64,000 nt of DNA from an uncultured Gammaproteobacteria bacterium (lineage in GTDB: Bacteria; Pseudomonadota; Gammaproteobacteria; DRLM01): the NCBI GenBank assembly GCA_963729605.1, contig CAVSNY010000007.1:800001-864000 (forward strand), given 5' to 3'. A program made the translations under genes and the position numbers. Each line of letters opens with the position of its first letter. The first letter of the stretch is position 1. This document shows positions 1-9,872 of this stretch, one piece after another. A model generated the notes under the pieces. That model saw only the letters and a list, made by a program, of their open reading frames with translations. It ran no database searches and was not told the origin of the DNA.

Positions 1-653
<653 letters not shown>

Positions 654-763
654 ATAACACCCAAGTAGTTTGGTGTGTGCTCGAATGAAGTACCCAGCCT
701 TTTACAGCTTTTTCCGAATTGTCAGTGACGGCGGGTCCATGAGCCTGTCGCCTGAAACCAGTT

Positions 764-881
764 TGCCTGGTGGCCATAGCGAGCGGGAACCACCCGATCC
801 CATTCCGAACTCGGAAGTGAAAACGCTCAGCGCCGATGATAGTGTGGGAGTATCCCATGTGAAAGTAGGACACTGCCAGGC
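764..881 (+). rRNA. rrf: 5S rRNA
   Basis: TGCCTGG...CCAGGC terminal helix; CCGAACTCGGAAGTGAAA, GCCGATGATAGTGTGGG; about 118 nt, downstream of 23S. Confidence 0.98.
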
Positions 882-890
882 TTCTATTCC

Positions 891-926
891 AAACTCCCGG
901 TACCTCAGGTGCCGGGAGTTTTTTTT
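891..926 (+). terminator. Rho-independent terminator of the rRNA operon (T1)
   Basis: AAACTCCCGGTACC-TCA-GGTGCCGGGAGTTT stem followed by a T-run. Confidence 0.9.
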
Positions 927-1047
927 CGACGCCGGATTGGTTTTGCAGCAAATCAACCTCATTACATTAAGTGAGCGGCTGGCGGTTTGATCCGCGAGTT
1001 TGCTTGCTGTTGAAGTTCTTCTATACAGGCCTTTCTAAGGCTGGTTT

Positions 1048-1081
1048 CTGTCCGGGCGACTCCGCCCGGACAGTTTTTTTT
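1048..1081 (+). terminator. Second intrinsic terminator (rrn T2 or end of a small RNA)
   Basis: Perfect 11-bp stem CTGTCCGGGCG-ACTC-CGCCCGGACAG followed by T8. Confidence 0.85.
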
Positions 1082-1299
1082 CACTTCGAGCTTTCGTAGC
1101 GTCGTGCATGGGGCTGATCCGTGATCCCGTGCCGCGTACTTATCTCTCCCCGTCGGAATTTGTCTTTTTATCTCACGGCCACCGACCGCTCGAAGGCATG
1201 ACTTGTCGCCGTTCCCCATCCATGCTTCACTGGGCGGGACGGTTTTTCTCCCTAAGCTCCACCGGTCCGGTTTGCCGGCGATGACGAGGAAACGAGATC

Positions 1300-1740
1300 A
1301 TGGACGCCTATCGAGATATTCTAGTTGCCATCGATTTTTCCCCCGCGGCTGACGGTGTGGCGCGGCGGGCGTTTGATATCGCCGCGCCCAATAACGCCCG
1401 GCTGAGTTTCATTCATGTGGTGGAGTACCTGCCTTTTGTCATGGACAATGAATTGATGATGCCGCCCACGCTGGATGTGGAGGCGCAATTGATGAGCAAT
1501 GCCCGCGCGCAACTCGCGAAACTGATGGCGCGGCTGGGCGGCCCCGCCGCAGCGGAGCAGTTGGTGGAACTGGGTTCCACCAAGGTGGAAATCCTGCGCA
1601 TCGCGACCGAGCGGGCCGTTGACCTCATCGTGGTGGGTAGCCACGGTCGTCACGGCTGGGCGCGGATGCTGGGTTCGACGGCCGATGCGGTTTTGCATGG
1701 CGCCGGCTGCGACGTGTTGGCGGTGAGGGTAGAGGAGTGA
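1300..1740 (+). CDS. Universal stress protein (UspA family)
   Basis: YRDILVAIDFS N-terminus; DLIVVGSHG...LGSTA..VL...CDVLAV; 146 aa; GAGG RBS. Confidence 0.95.
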   Translation: MDAYRDILVAIDFSPAADGVARRAFDIAAPNNARLSFIHVVEYLPFVMDNELMMPPTLDVEAQLMSNARAQLAKLMARLGGPAAAEQLVELGSTKVEILRIATERAVDLIVVGSHGRHGWARMLGSTADAVLHGAGCDVLAVRVEE

Positions 1741-1800
1741 CGACGTTTTGAATATTGGCGCTGCACCGTCAAAAAAATTAACCGGCACGCGATAGGATTC

Positions 1801-2358
1801 ATGGACTACAGCATCGACTCGGGCTGGCTGATCCCGGCCCGCCACACACCCTCACCCAATCACGATGAGCGGCCGGCCGGCTGCGACATCGATCTGCTGG
1901 TGATCCACGGCATCAGCCTGCCGCCCGGCGAATTCGGCGGACCGTGGATCGACGCCTTGTTCTGCAATGCGCTGGACCCCGCCGCTCATCCCTATTTTCG
2001 CGAAGTGGCCGGCTTGCGGGTGTCGGCCCATGTGTTGATCCGCCGCGACGGCGACGTGGTGCAATACGTGCCTTTCGAGCGGCGCGCCTGGCACGCGGGT
2101 CTGTCGTGTTTCGCGGGGCGGGAACGTTGCAATGACTTTTCGATCGGCATCGAATTGGAAGGCTGCGACGATTTGCCTTATCGCGACGTGCAATACACCC
2201 GCCTCGCCGCGGTGACCCGCGCCTTGCTCGCCGCCTATCCCGCGCTCAACGCGGAACGCATCGTCGGCCACAGCGACATCGCGCCCGGCCGCAAGACCGA
2301 TCCCGGCCCCGGTTTCGATTGGCCGCGTTTTCGCGCGTTATTGCATGTCAACACTTGA
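1801..2358 (+). CDS. ampD: 1,6-anhydro-N-acetylmuramyl-L-alanine amidase AmpD
   Basis: VIHGISLPPG, VSAH, RAWHAG, NDFSIGIELEG, GHSDIAPGRKTDPG. Confidence 0.97.
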   Translation: MDYSIDSGWLIPARHTPSPNHDERPAGCDIDLLVIHGISLPPGEFGGPWIDALFCNALDPAAHPYFREVAGLRVSAHVLIRRDGDVVQYVPFERRAWHAGLSCFAGRERCNDFSIGIELEGCDDLPYRDVQYTRLAAVTRALLAAYPALNAERIVGHSDIAPGRKTDPGPGFDWPRFRALLHVNT

Positions 2359-2390
2359 ATGTTGCCGCCGTAGCCTGGACACTTAAGCCC

Positions 2391-3281
2391 ATGGTGTTAT
2401 TTGCGATCCTCTTTTCTTTGCTTATCGAACGCGTCTGGGACACGGTGACGGATCTGCGTTCGCCCGTCTGGTTCGAGCGTTACGCCGATCGTATGCGTCA
2501 CCGCCTGGGTGCGGATCGCCTGTGGGACGGACCGCTCGGCGTCTTCCTGATTTTGCTCTTCCCCTTGCTGGCGGTGGCCTTGGTTCAGCTCGCCCTGGCG
2601 GCGATGCTGGGCCTGCTGGCCTTCGTGTTCGCGGTATTGGTGTTGTTGTTTTCTCTCGGTCCGCGCGATTTGGAAAGCGACGTGCAGCGTTTTCTCGCCG
2701 CTTGGGAACAGGGCGATCAGGCTCAAGCGCGCGCCGCGGCCCGTCATATCACCGGCCTGTCGTTCGAACCCGCCGACCCCGCCGCGTTGGGCAAAGCGGT
2801 GGTGGAAGGCATTTTGGTCGCGGCGCACGAGCGCATCGTCGGTGTGATTTTCTGGTTCGTGGTCCTCGGTCCGGTAGGCGCCTTATTGTTTCGTTTGAGC
2901 TGCGTGTTGAAAGATAAATATCCGTACGCCGGCGAGACCGGCGGTTTCGCGCAGGCGGCGTTGGTCTTGCACGGCGTGCTGAGCTGGCTGCCCTGCCGCC
3001 TCACCGTGTTGGGTTACGCACTCACCGGCAGTTTCGGCGATGCCATGCACCGCTGGCGCGATGAAGCCCCCGGGTGGGCGCGCGACTGGCTGGCCGGCAA
3101 CCGCCAAGTGCTGGTGGCCGGCGGTTTGGGTGCCTTGCAGGTCGAGCAGGAATTATCGGAAGAGGAAACCGGCGGCGTGTCCACCCAGTTGGTGCGCGCC
3201 GCGCTGGCCTTGGTATGGCGCACGGTGTTGTTGCTGGTGGTGGTGATCGCGGTGATCACCCTCGCCAGTTGGGTCTCGTGA
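2391..3281 (+). CDS. ampE: AmpE / CobD-CbiB-like membrane protein
   Basis: Directly downstream of ampD; multiple TM segments; FSLGPRDL and VIFWFVVLGPVGA motifs; start moved to ATG 2391. Confidence 0.8.
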   Translation: MVLFAILFSLLIERVWDTVTDLRSPVWFERYADRMRHRLGADRLWDGPLGVFLILLFPLLAVALVQLALAAMLGLLAFVFAVLVLLFSLGPRDLESDVQRFLAAWEQGDQAQARAAARHITGLSFEPADPAALGKAVVEGILVAAHERIVGVIFWFVVLGPVGALLFRLSCVLKDKYPYAGETGGFAQAALVLHGVLSWLPCRLTVLGYALTGSFGDAMHRWRDEAPGWARDWLAGNRQVLVAGGLGALQVEQELSEEETGGVSTQLVRAALALVWRTVLLLVVVIAVITLASWVS

Positions 3282-3315
3282 GTCAACCGCTACACGCGCA
3301 TTTCCCGGAGAGAGT

Positions 3316-3915
3316 GTGGAACACACCACTTGGGTGGATTTAATCCGCCACGGCGAACCGGTGGGCGGTCCGCGCATCCGCGGCCAGTCCGACGATCCGT
3401 TGACCGAACTCGGCTGGCAACAAATGTGGCAGGCGGTGGGCGAGGACGCGGCGTGGCAAGTCATCGTCAGCTCGCCGCTCACGCGCTGCGCGGCCTTCGC
3501 CCGCGCCTTGGCGGATAAACACGGTTTGCCGCTGCACGTCGAGCCGCGTTTCAAAGAGATCGGCTTCGGCAGTTGGGAAGGCCGCGGCCACGACGACTTG
3601 GCGCGCCGCGAGCCCGAGCGTTATCCGCGCTTTCGCGACGACCCTTTGCGCTACATGCCGCCGGACGCCGAGCCCGTGCCGGCCTTCATGGCGCGGGTGG
3701 CGGAGGCCTGGGGCGAACTGCTCGCCGCGCACGCCGGCCGCCGGGTCTTGGTGGTCTGTCACGCCGGGGTGATTCGCGCCGTACTCGCCGCGGTGTTGGG
3801 CGCCGGGCCGGAGCATCTCTTTCGCGCGCAAGTGGACTACGCCAGCCTGACCCGCTTCGCGGCGCCGCCGCACCGTCCGCCCAGCCTGATTTCACACGCC
3901 GCGCCGCTGACATGA
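3316..3915 (+). CDS. Histidine phosphatase family protein (CobC-like alpha-ribazole phosphatase)
   Basis: LIRHGE, SSPLTRC, EIGFGSWEG, VCHAGVIR; coupled to btuF. Confidence 0.85.
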   Translation: MEHTTWVDLIRHGEPVGGPRIRGQSDDPLTELGWQQMWQAVGEDAAWQVIVSSPLTRCAAFARALADKHGLPLHVEPRFKEIGFGSWEGRGHDDLARREPERYPRFRDDPLRYMPPDAEPVPAFMARVAEAWGELLAAHAGRRVLVVCHAGVIRAVLAAVLGAGPEHLFRAQVDYASLTRFAAPPHRPPSLISHAAPLT

Positions 3916-4799
3916 AAACCTTGATCGCGCTGTGCGCCTTGCTGAGTTACGCGCTGACGGCGCAGGCCCGGCTGGTTCTCAACGATGACGAAGGCCGTCA
4001 ACTCAATTTAAACGCGCCCGCCGCGCGCATCGTTTCGCTGGCGCCGCACGTGACGGAATTGCTGTTCGACGCCGGCGCCGGCGACAAACTGGTTGGCACG
4101 GTGGAATACAGTGATTATCCGCCCGCCGCGCGCGCCGTGGCGGTGGTGGGTGACCATGCGCGTCTCGATGTGGAACGCATCGTCGCCTTGCGGCCGGACC
4201 TGGTGGTGGCCTGGGGCGGCGGCAATTCCCCGGCCGACATCGCGCGCTTGCGGCGGCTGGGTGTGCCGGTCTTCGTCATCGTGCCGCATCATTTGGACGA
4301 CGTGGCGCGCCATCTCGAACTACTGGGACAACTCGCGGGCAGCGCGGCGGCCGCGCGGCCGGTGGCGGCGGCGTATCGCCGCGAGTTGGCGGCGCTGCGC
4401 AAACGCTACGCCGACCGGTCGCCGGTGACGGTGTTCTTCCAGGTGTGGCATACGCCCTTGATGACGGTGGGCGGCGATCAACTCATCAGTGAAGTGATCG
4501 CGTCGTGCGGCGGGCGCAACATCTTCGCCGGCCTGCGCAACCTGGCGCCGACGGTGTCGGTGGAGGCGGTGCTGGCGGCGGACCCCGAGTTGATCGTGAC
4601 CGGTTCGGAGCAACCCGCCGCCGAAGTCCTCGCCCACTGGCGGGCCTGGCCGCAACTGCGCGCGGTGCGCACCGGACAACTCGCCGCCATCGCCCCCGAC
4701 GATCTCCATCGCGCCACGCCGCGGGTGCTGCGCGGCGCGCGCGCGTTGTGCGAGACCTTGGAAGGCGCGCGCGCTGTGCGCGGAAAGAAAGGGCCGTAG
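3912..4799 (+). CDS. btuF: Periplasmic cobalamin-binding protein BtuF-like
   Basis: Signal peptide MKTLIAL..AQA; RIVSLAPHVTELLF, VEYSDYPPAA, CGGRNIF, VSVEAV; ATGA overlap with the upstream gene. Confidence 0.88.
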   Translation: MKTLIALCALLSYALTAQARLVLNDDEGRQLNLNAPAARIVSLAPHVTELLFDAGAGDKLVGTVEYSDYPPAARAVAVVGDHARLDVERIVALRPDLVVAWGGGNSPADIARLRRLGVPVFVIVPHHLDDVARHLELLGQLAGSAAAARPVAAAYRRELAALRKRYADRSPVTVFFQVWHTPLMTVGGDQLISEVIASCGGRNIFAGLRNLAPTVSVEAVLAADPELIVTGSEQPAAEVLAHWRAWPQLRAVRTGQLAAIAPDDLHRATPRVLRGARALCETLEGARAVRGKKGP

Positions 4800-4912
4800 C
4801 GGCTGTATCCGTTAGACTCGTCCACGCCCACATGAAAAAATTTACATCCGGTCTGGGTCAATTTAACGTGCATTTCTAGCCGATACTCAAACTGGCATGG
4901 CCCGGGGGGCGA

Positions 4913-5008
4913 TTGATCAAACTACTACACGCCGCTGATTGGCAAATCGGCACACTCTTCGGGCAGTTCGAGCCCGACGAAGCGGCGCTACTCGCGGAGG
5001 CGCGGCTC
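4913..5008 (+). pseudogene. N-terminal remnant of an SbcD/Mre11-like metallophosphoesterase
   Basis: MIKLLHAADWQIG..FGQFEPDEAALLAEARL matches phosphoesterase motif I (LHxADWQIG); similarity stops at the stop codon of the convergent gene. Confidence 0.7.
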
Positions 5009-6524
5009 AGAAGCGATAAGAAATTTCCAGACCAAGTTTTTCCGCGGTCTCGCCGCGGCGTTCGCCGAAGGCCGCGCCGGCGCGGAAACGCGAAGCCACG
5101 AGTTCGAGCTGCCAATTGGTGAGTTCTTCGATACCGAGCACGAGGTTGATCTCGCTGCCGATGTCGGTGTCGATGCCGTCCGGGTCGTAGTCGAGGCGGG
5201 CGTTGCGGATCTCGTCCATGGGCTGGAGCTGGCGGTAAGTATGAAACACCAGGTCGAGTGAGTTTTTGCCGAGAAAGCGGAAACCGGCGGCCAGTGTGCT
5301 GATCGCGATGTTAGACAACTCCGGCCGCAGCAAATCGCCGTAATAGCGAAAGCCGGTCACGCCGCGGAATTTGTCGTCGTTGTCCTGCAGGCCTGACTGG
5401 CGGTAATTGCCATCAACGCCGTCGTCGGGATCATCGTCACCGCTGCCGATCGCATAACCCGCGGTGAACGTCAGCCGCCCGGGAAGCTCGGTCTGCCAGT
5501 TGACGCCGAGGTCGATGGCCGCGCCGCGCACGCGCCGGCGCTCCACGCCATCGACGATACGGTGATCGGCGTCGACGGCGGGGTCGTAATCGATGACGCG
5601 TTCTTCGCCCCATACCACACCGCTGTCGAGCCAATAATAGAGACGGTCATCGTTCGGAAGTTTCCAGCGCCCCTGCGCGCGCCAGCCCAGCCAGAATGCG
5701 TCGAGATCGCTTTCATCGCGGAACTCGCTGCGCACCAGCGTGCCGGCGCGTTCGGTGTCGGAGTGGTCGTATTGCGCGAGCAGAAATAAACTGCGTTCGT
5801 TGCGGCTGTCGATTTTACGCGTGGCGCTCGCGAGCAGCCGCAGCAGTTCATCCTCCTCGGGAGCGAGACGAGTTTCCCCGGTACCGGTGCGCGCGAGTTC
5901 CTGAGCCAAGGCGACCTCAATGCTCAGGTCGTTGCTGTTGTAGTGCACGCGTACCGCATCGAGATCGTCGGCCCACCACCATTCGCGGTCGTCATTGAAA
6001 TTCTGACGGCCGATCTGGTAACTCACACTATTGTTTAACCAGCCGCCGCTGTAAAACCACATCTCACCGCGCCGCCACTGCGCATCGCCGTCGCGATCAC
6101 CGCTCTCGGGTTCGTAGTCGCGCCGGCCGGTAGTCTTTGCTTCGATGAAGACTGCGCGCTGCTCGGCGTATTCGTAGAGCAATTCCAGATCCAGCACGCC
6201 GTCAATGCGGTCGAGACTGTCAGGCTCAACGTCGAATTCGAAATCGCGCCGCCGTTCGAAACTGGCCTCCAAGCCGCCGCCCACGGTGAGGGGCCGGCCG
6301 AATATGTCGACGATGATTTTTTTATCCGGCTGTTTTTCGTCCGGGCGTTGCGTGAGCAGTTGGGCGCGTTCAGTCGGCGCGACTTCGCTAAGGCGTTGGT
6401 CATTACTGGCGTTCGCGGTGCCGTTGTCAGACGGGGCTGAGAACGCCGCGAAGACCGGCAGGAATAACAGGCACAAGGCCTCGCTTACCCGATGCCGCGC
6501 GAATCGTAAATAGCGTGACTTCAT
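5007..6524 (-). CDS. Alginate export (AlgE-like) outer-membrane beta-barrel
   Basis: N-terminal signal; QIGRQ..DDREWWW.DDLDA, YAIGSGD, YRQSGLQDN..KF.G...FRYYG.LL.PELSN, DIGSE; C-terminal YRF; start ATG 6524 overlaps upstream stop. Confidence 0.88.
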   Translation of the reverse strand: MKSRYLRFARHRVSEALCLLFLPVFAAFSAPSDNGTANASNDQRLSEVAPTERAQLLTQRPDEKQPDKKIIVDIFGRPLTVGGGLEASFERRRDFEFDVEPDSLDRIDGVLDLELLYEYAEQRAVFIEAKTTGRRDYEPESGDRDGDAQWRRGEMWFYSGGWLNNSVSYQIGRQNFNDDREWWWADDLDAVRVHYNSNDLSIEVALAQELARTGTGETRLAPEEDELLRLLASATRKIDSRNERSLFLLAQYDHSDTERAGTLVRSEFRDESDLDAFWLGWRAQGRWKLPNDDRLYYWLDSGVVWGEERVIDYDPAVDADHRIVDGVERRRVRGAAIDLGVNWQTELPGRLTFTAGYAIGSGDDDPDDGVDGNYRQSGLQDNDDKFRGVTGFRYYGDLLRPELSNIAISTLAAGFRFLGKNSLDLVFHTYRQLQPMDEIRNARLDYDPDGIDTDIGSEINLVLGIEELTNWQLELVASRFRAGAAFGERRGETAEKLGLEISYRF

Positions 6525-7567
6525 GTCAACACCGGCAATGGTTTTACATTCGCCAGAGGATCTTTCAATTCGGCCGCGGCGCGCTGTTCGCACAGCGCCA
6601 GCAAGGCCTCACTATATTGTTGGCGTTCTGCATGTAGGGTGCTGAGATAGATGTGACGCATGAGAGTAAGCAAAGTATAAACACGGATGGCGGTCCGCGT
6701 CTCATCGCCGGCGAGCGCGGCGTAATGTTCGACCAGCGTATTCTCAACCTCCAGCAGCGCCGCGGGATCGCCGGATGCACGCAGGCTTTGTTCGGTGATA
6801 TGGCCGACGAAGTTACCGATATCGAGTCCAGGGTCTCCCGCGCAATAGAGATCGAAATCCAGCAGCCACAGCCGTTCACCGTCGATGATGATTTGATCGG
6901 CATAGAAGTCGCGGTGGATACCGCAGGTGCGTGACGGCGTGAGCGCCATGCCGATACGGGTGGCGGCGTGTTTCAGCCGCTCGAGACGTAAACACCACGC
7001 CGGCCGCTGCCGGGCCACGTCGTCGAGCCGCGCGCGCAGGATGCGCAGTTCGTCGATCATGCCGTGGCGGCGCCGGGGCGCGATGTCCGCGCGGTGGATC
7101 TTGTAAGCCGCCTCGGCGATACGCCGCGCCAATTCCACGCCGCGTTTCCCCGCGAGCAATTGCGTGGCCTCCATGCCCGTCACTTTGCATTGCAGATTCA
7201 GGCGCAGCGGTTTGATATGAGCAATAGGCGCGGGTACCAAGATATGATCCAGGCTGTCTTCATCGAAGCCGTGCCGCTGAAAATTTTTCAGCAGTTCAAA
7301 GGCGCTGCGGCCCGAGCGCTGTCGGCGGATCTTGCCGATCAGCAGACATATCTCGTTACACGCGTGATTTTCGAACGCGTATTCGATGACGGCGCGGCGG
7401 CCAACTTTGTGGCGTACCAGCGTAACCTCCACGAGTGGCAAACGCAGCACGGGATGGAGTTCGCCATGCTCCTGAAAAATCTCGGCGGCCACGGCCGGAT
7501 TTAATGCGCAGCCTAAAGTGGGCAGCGCCGGGTCATCGGGGAGCGCCGCGCTCAAGCGGGCTGGCAT
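6521..7567 (-). CDS. APH/choline-kinase-fold phosphotransferase
   Basis: IGK, IHRDFYADQI and LLDFD (Brenner-type motifs), GDPGLDIGNF. Confidence 0.85.
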   Translation of the reverse strand: MPARLSAALPDDPALPTLGCALNPAVAAEIFQEHGELHPVLRLPLVEVTLVRHKVGRRAVIEYAFENHACNEICLLIGKIRRQRSGRSAFELLKNFQRHGFDEDSLDHILVPAPIAHIKPLRLNLQCKVTGMEATQLLAGKRGVELARRIAEAAYKIHRADIAPRRRHGMIDELRILRARLDDVARQRPAWCLRLERLKHAATRIGMALTPSRTCGIHRDFYADQIIIDGERLWLLDFDLYCAGDPGLDIGNFVGHITEQSLRASGDPAALLEVENTLVEHYAALAGDETRTAIRVYTLLTLMRHIYLSTLHAERQQYSEALLALCEQRAAAELKDPLANVKPLPVLT

Positions 7568-8637
7568 TGCCGCACGACCTCCTGCCACACCGCCATTAGC
7601 GCATCGACTTGCGCCTGCACCGAAAAACGCCGCAGCGCCGTCATGCGGGCGGCCGTACCCATCTGCCGCGCGCGTTCTGGATCGGCAAGTAACCGCGCGA
7701 GGACTTCGGCGACGCGTGCCGGCGCGTCGGCGGGGACTACATAACCGTCATGTCCATCGTTGATCATCTCGGGAATGCCGCCGACCGCCGTGCCCACTAC
7801 CGGCACGCCGCAGGCCATGGCCTCCATCAGGCTCACCGGCATGCCTTCGGAACGGCTGGTGAGTACGCCGACCGCCGCGCGCTGCCACCACTCGCATACT
7901 TGGCTTTGATCGGCGGCGCCGGCCAAGAAGACCGACTCGTCGAGACCGAGCCTGCGCCGCTCGATTTCAATCAACGGTCGCGCATCGCCTTCGCCGATGA
8001 TGGCGCAGCGAAACGCCAAGCCGCTATTACGCAGCAAGGCGCAGGCTTGTAATAGCATGGGCAGATTCTTCACGGGGTGGAGGCGGGCGACGCATATGAT
8101 CCAAGGCGGTGTCTCAGTGGTGCGCGGCCCGGGCGCGAACTGGCGGGTATCGATTCCACAGGGAATCACGTGGAGTTTTGCGCGCGGCGCGCCGAGTGAG
8201 CTAGTCATGTAACGGGCATTGGCTTCGGCGACGGTGATCACCGCCGCGGCGGCGTGGCAGCGCGTAGCAAAGTCCGCGGGCGGGCGGTCGTAAATATCGT
8301 AGCGATGTGCTGTAAAAGTGTAGGGCAGCCCTGTGGCGGCAGCGAGTGTTCGCGCGGTTTCGGTGGCGCGTGTCGCGAAATGCGCGTGTATGAGCTGAGG
8401 GCGGAATTGCCGCAGTGCGGCTTCAAACTCCGCGGGATCATAACAGGCTATGTTTTCAAGGCCGTTCTCTACCACCACGGCATGGCGCAAGGTCTCGGCG
8501 GGACGACGGCGCGATAATATCTGCACCTCCACGCCACGGCGGCGCAGCTCGGCGATCTCGTTGGCAATGAAGGTCTCGGAAAATTTCGGGAAGACGTTCA
8601 CCACGTAAGTGATGCGTCGTAGACTGGAACCGTTCAT
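7552..8637 (-). CDS. Glycosyltransferase family 4 (WcaL/AmsK-like)
   Basis: FPKFSETFIANEI, HAHF, FTAH..DIY, VARL..VK, EGMPVSLMEAMA (EX7E). Confidence 0.93.
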   Translation of the reverse strand: MNGSSLRRITYVVNVFPKFSETFIANEIAELRRRGVEVQILSRRRPAETLRHAVVVENGLENIACYDPAEFEAALRQFRPQLIHAHFATRATETARTLAAATGLPYTFTAHRYDIYDRPPADFATRCHAAAAVITVAEANARYMTSSLGAPRAKLHVIPCGIDTRQFAPGPRTTETPPWIICVARLHPVKNLPMLLQACALLRNSGLAFRCAIIGEGDARPLIEIERRRLGLDESVFLAGAADQSQVCEWWQRAAVGVLTSRSEGMPVSLMEAMACGVPVVGTAVGGIPEMINDGHDGYVVPADAPARVAEVLARLLADPERARQMGTAARMTALRRFSVQAQVDALMAVWQEVVRQCQPA

Positions 8638-9872
8638 CGCAAACCCTCGATGATCTCGGTCACGCGTCTGGCATTACCGTCCCAGGTGTACTGCGCCAAA
8701 ATCGTGTGAGCGGCCGCCATGCCGAGGCGATCCTGAAAAGTGGGGTCGAACAGCAGCCGCTGGCAACAATCGACGAGACCGTCGAGATCGCCTGCGCGGT
8801 AAAGCAAACCGTTTTTGCCGTGTTGCACGAGCTCGCCGATTTGGCCGACGTCGGAGGCCACCACGGCGGCGCCGCAGGCCATGTATTCGAACAGCTTGAG
8901 CGGCGAGAAATAGAAATCGTGCTTGAGTTGCGGATAAGGCGCCAGCGCTACATCGAATTCCCGGATCACGGCGGCGATGTCGCGATGTCCCAGTGCACCC
9001 GTGAACACCACCCGTTCCGCCAAGTCGAGCTCGGCGAAACGCAATTGCAGCGGCGCGCGCAGCGGGCCTTCGCCCACTACTATTAGTTGCACGCCCGGAA
9101 AATCACCGACCACGCGCTGTAGTAATTCGGGCAGGCATTCGACGCCATGCCATTGCCGCAGACCGCCAACGAAACCCAGTACGGGCCCGTCGCCCACGCC
9201 TAGCCTGGCGCGCAGTTGCGGCGAGCGCGGCCCAGGCTGGAACAGCTCAGGATCGACGGCATTGGGCACGACGTGCACGCGCTCTTCGGCGACGCCGCAA
9301 CGGTAGGCATGTTCTGCCAATGGTCGCGATACCACCAGCACCGCGTCGGCTTCGCGCAATAAACATTGTTCCGCGCGTGCCGCGAGGTCATCGGCGGCGC
9401 CGGCGCGATAGGTGGCGTGTTCTTCGGCAAGCGGCGCATTGAGTTCGACCACCAGCGGCCGGCCGGTGGCTTTGCTTAAGGCCACCGGCGCGAGCGAATG
9501 CAGCGCGGCGCGCGCGTAGATGCAGTCGGGCGGCACCCGCGTGTAGCGCCGCAGCAGATGAGTCGCGAGGTGGCGGTCGTAGATAATGCGGCGCAGGTCT
9601 TTTGCGAGCGAGCTCTGGCTCTCGAGCAATTCACCGTACGCCTCGACGGTGTCAACGCAAGCAAGCAGTTCGTCGCTGGCCGGAAAATGCACGAACTTGG
9701 CGGCGAGCGGCTCGGGGGTATCCCAGCCGCTCGCCGTGGCCATCGGCGAAATCAGTACGACCTGGTGCCCCGCGCGGCCGAGCGCCGCGACCATGCTGCG
9801 CACATGCACCGCCGCGCCTTTATGGCCCAGTACCGGGATGCCGTAGTCGGGCGAGAGATAGAGTATTTTCAT
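8634..9872 (-). CDS. Glycosyltransferase family 4
   Basis: MKILY..DYGIPVLG.KGAAVHVR, ELNAPL, FVGGLRQWHG, FYFSPLKLFEYMA; ATG 9872 overlaps upstream stop. Confidence 0.93.
   Translation of the reverse strand: MKILYLSPDYGIPVLGHKGAAVHVRSMVAALGRAGHQVVLISPMATASGWDTPEPLAAKFVHFPASDELLACVDTVEAYGELLESQSSLAKDLRRIIYDRHLATHLLRRYTRVPPDCIYARAALHSLAPVALSKATGRPLVVELNAPLAEEHATYRAGAADDLAARAEQCLLREADAVLVVSRPLAEHAYRCGVAEERVHVVPNAVDPELFQPGPRSPQLRARLGVGDGPVLGFVGGLRQWHGVECLPELLQRVVGDFPGVQLIVVGEGPLRAPLQLRFAELDLAERVVFTGALGHRDIAAVIREFDVALAPYPQLKHDFYFSPLKLFEYMACGAAVVASDVGQIGELVQHGKNGLLYRAGDLDGLVDCCQRLLFDPTFQDRLGMAAAHTILAQYTWDGNARRVTEIIEGLR

Noticed and set aside
882-1299. tRNA downstream of 5S
   Set aside because: No cloverleaf or T-arm GTTCGA motif; a terminator follows 5S directly
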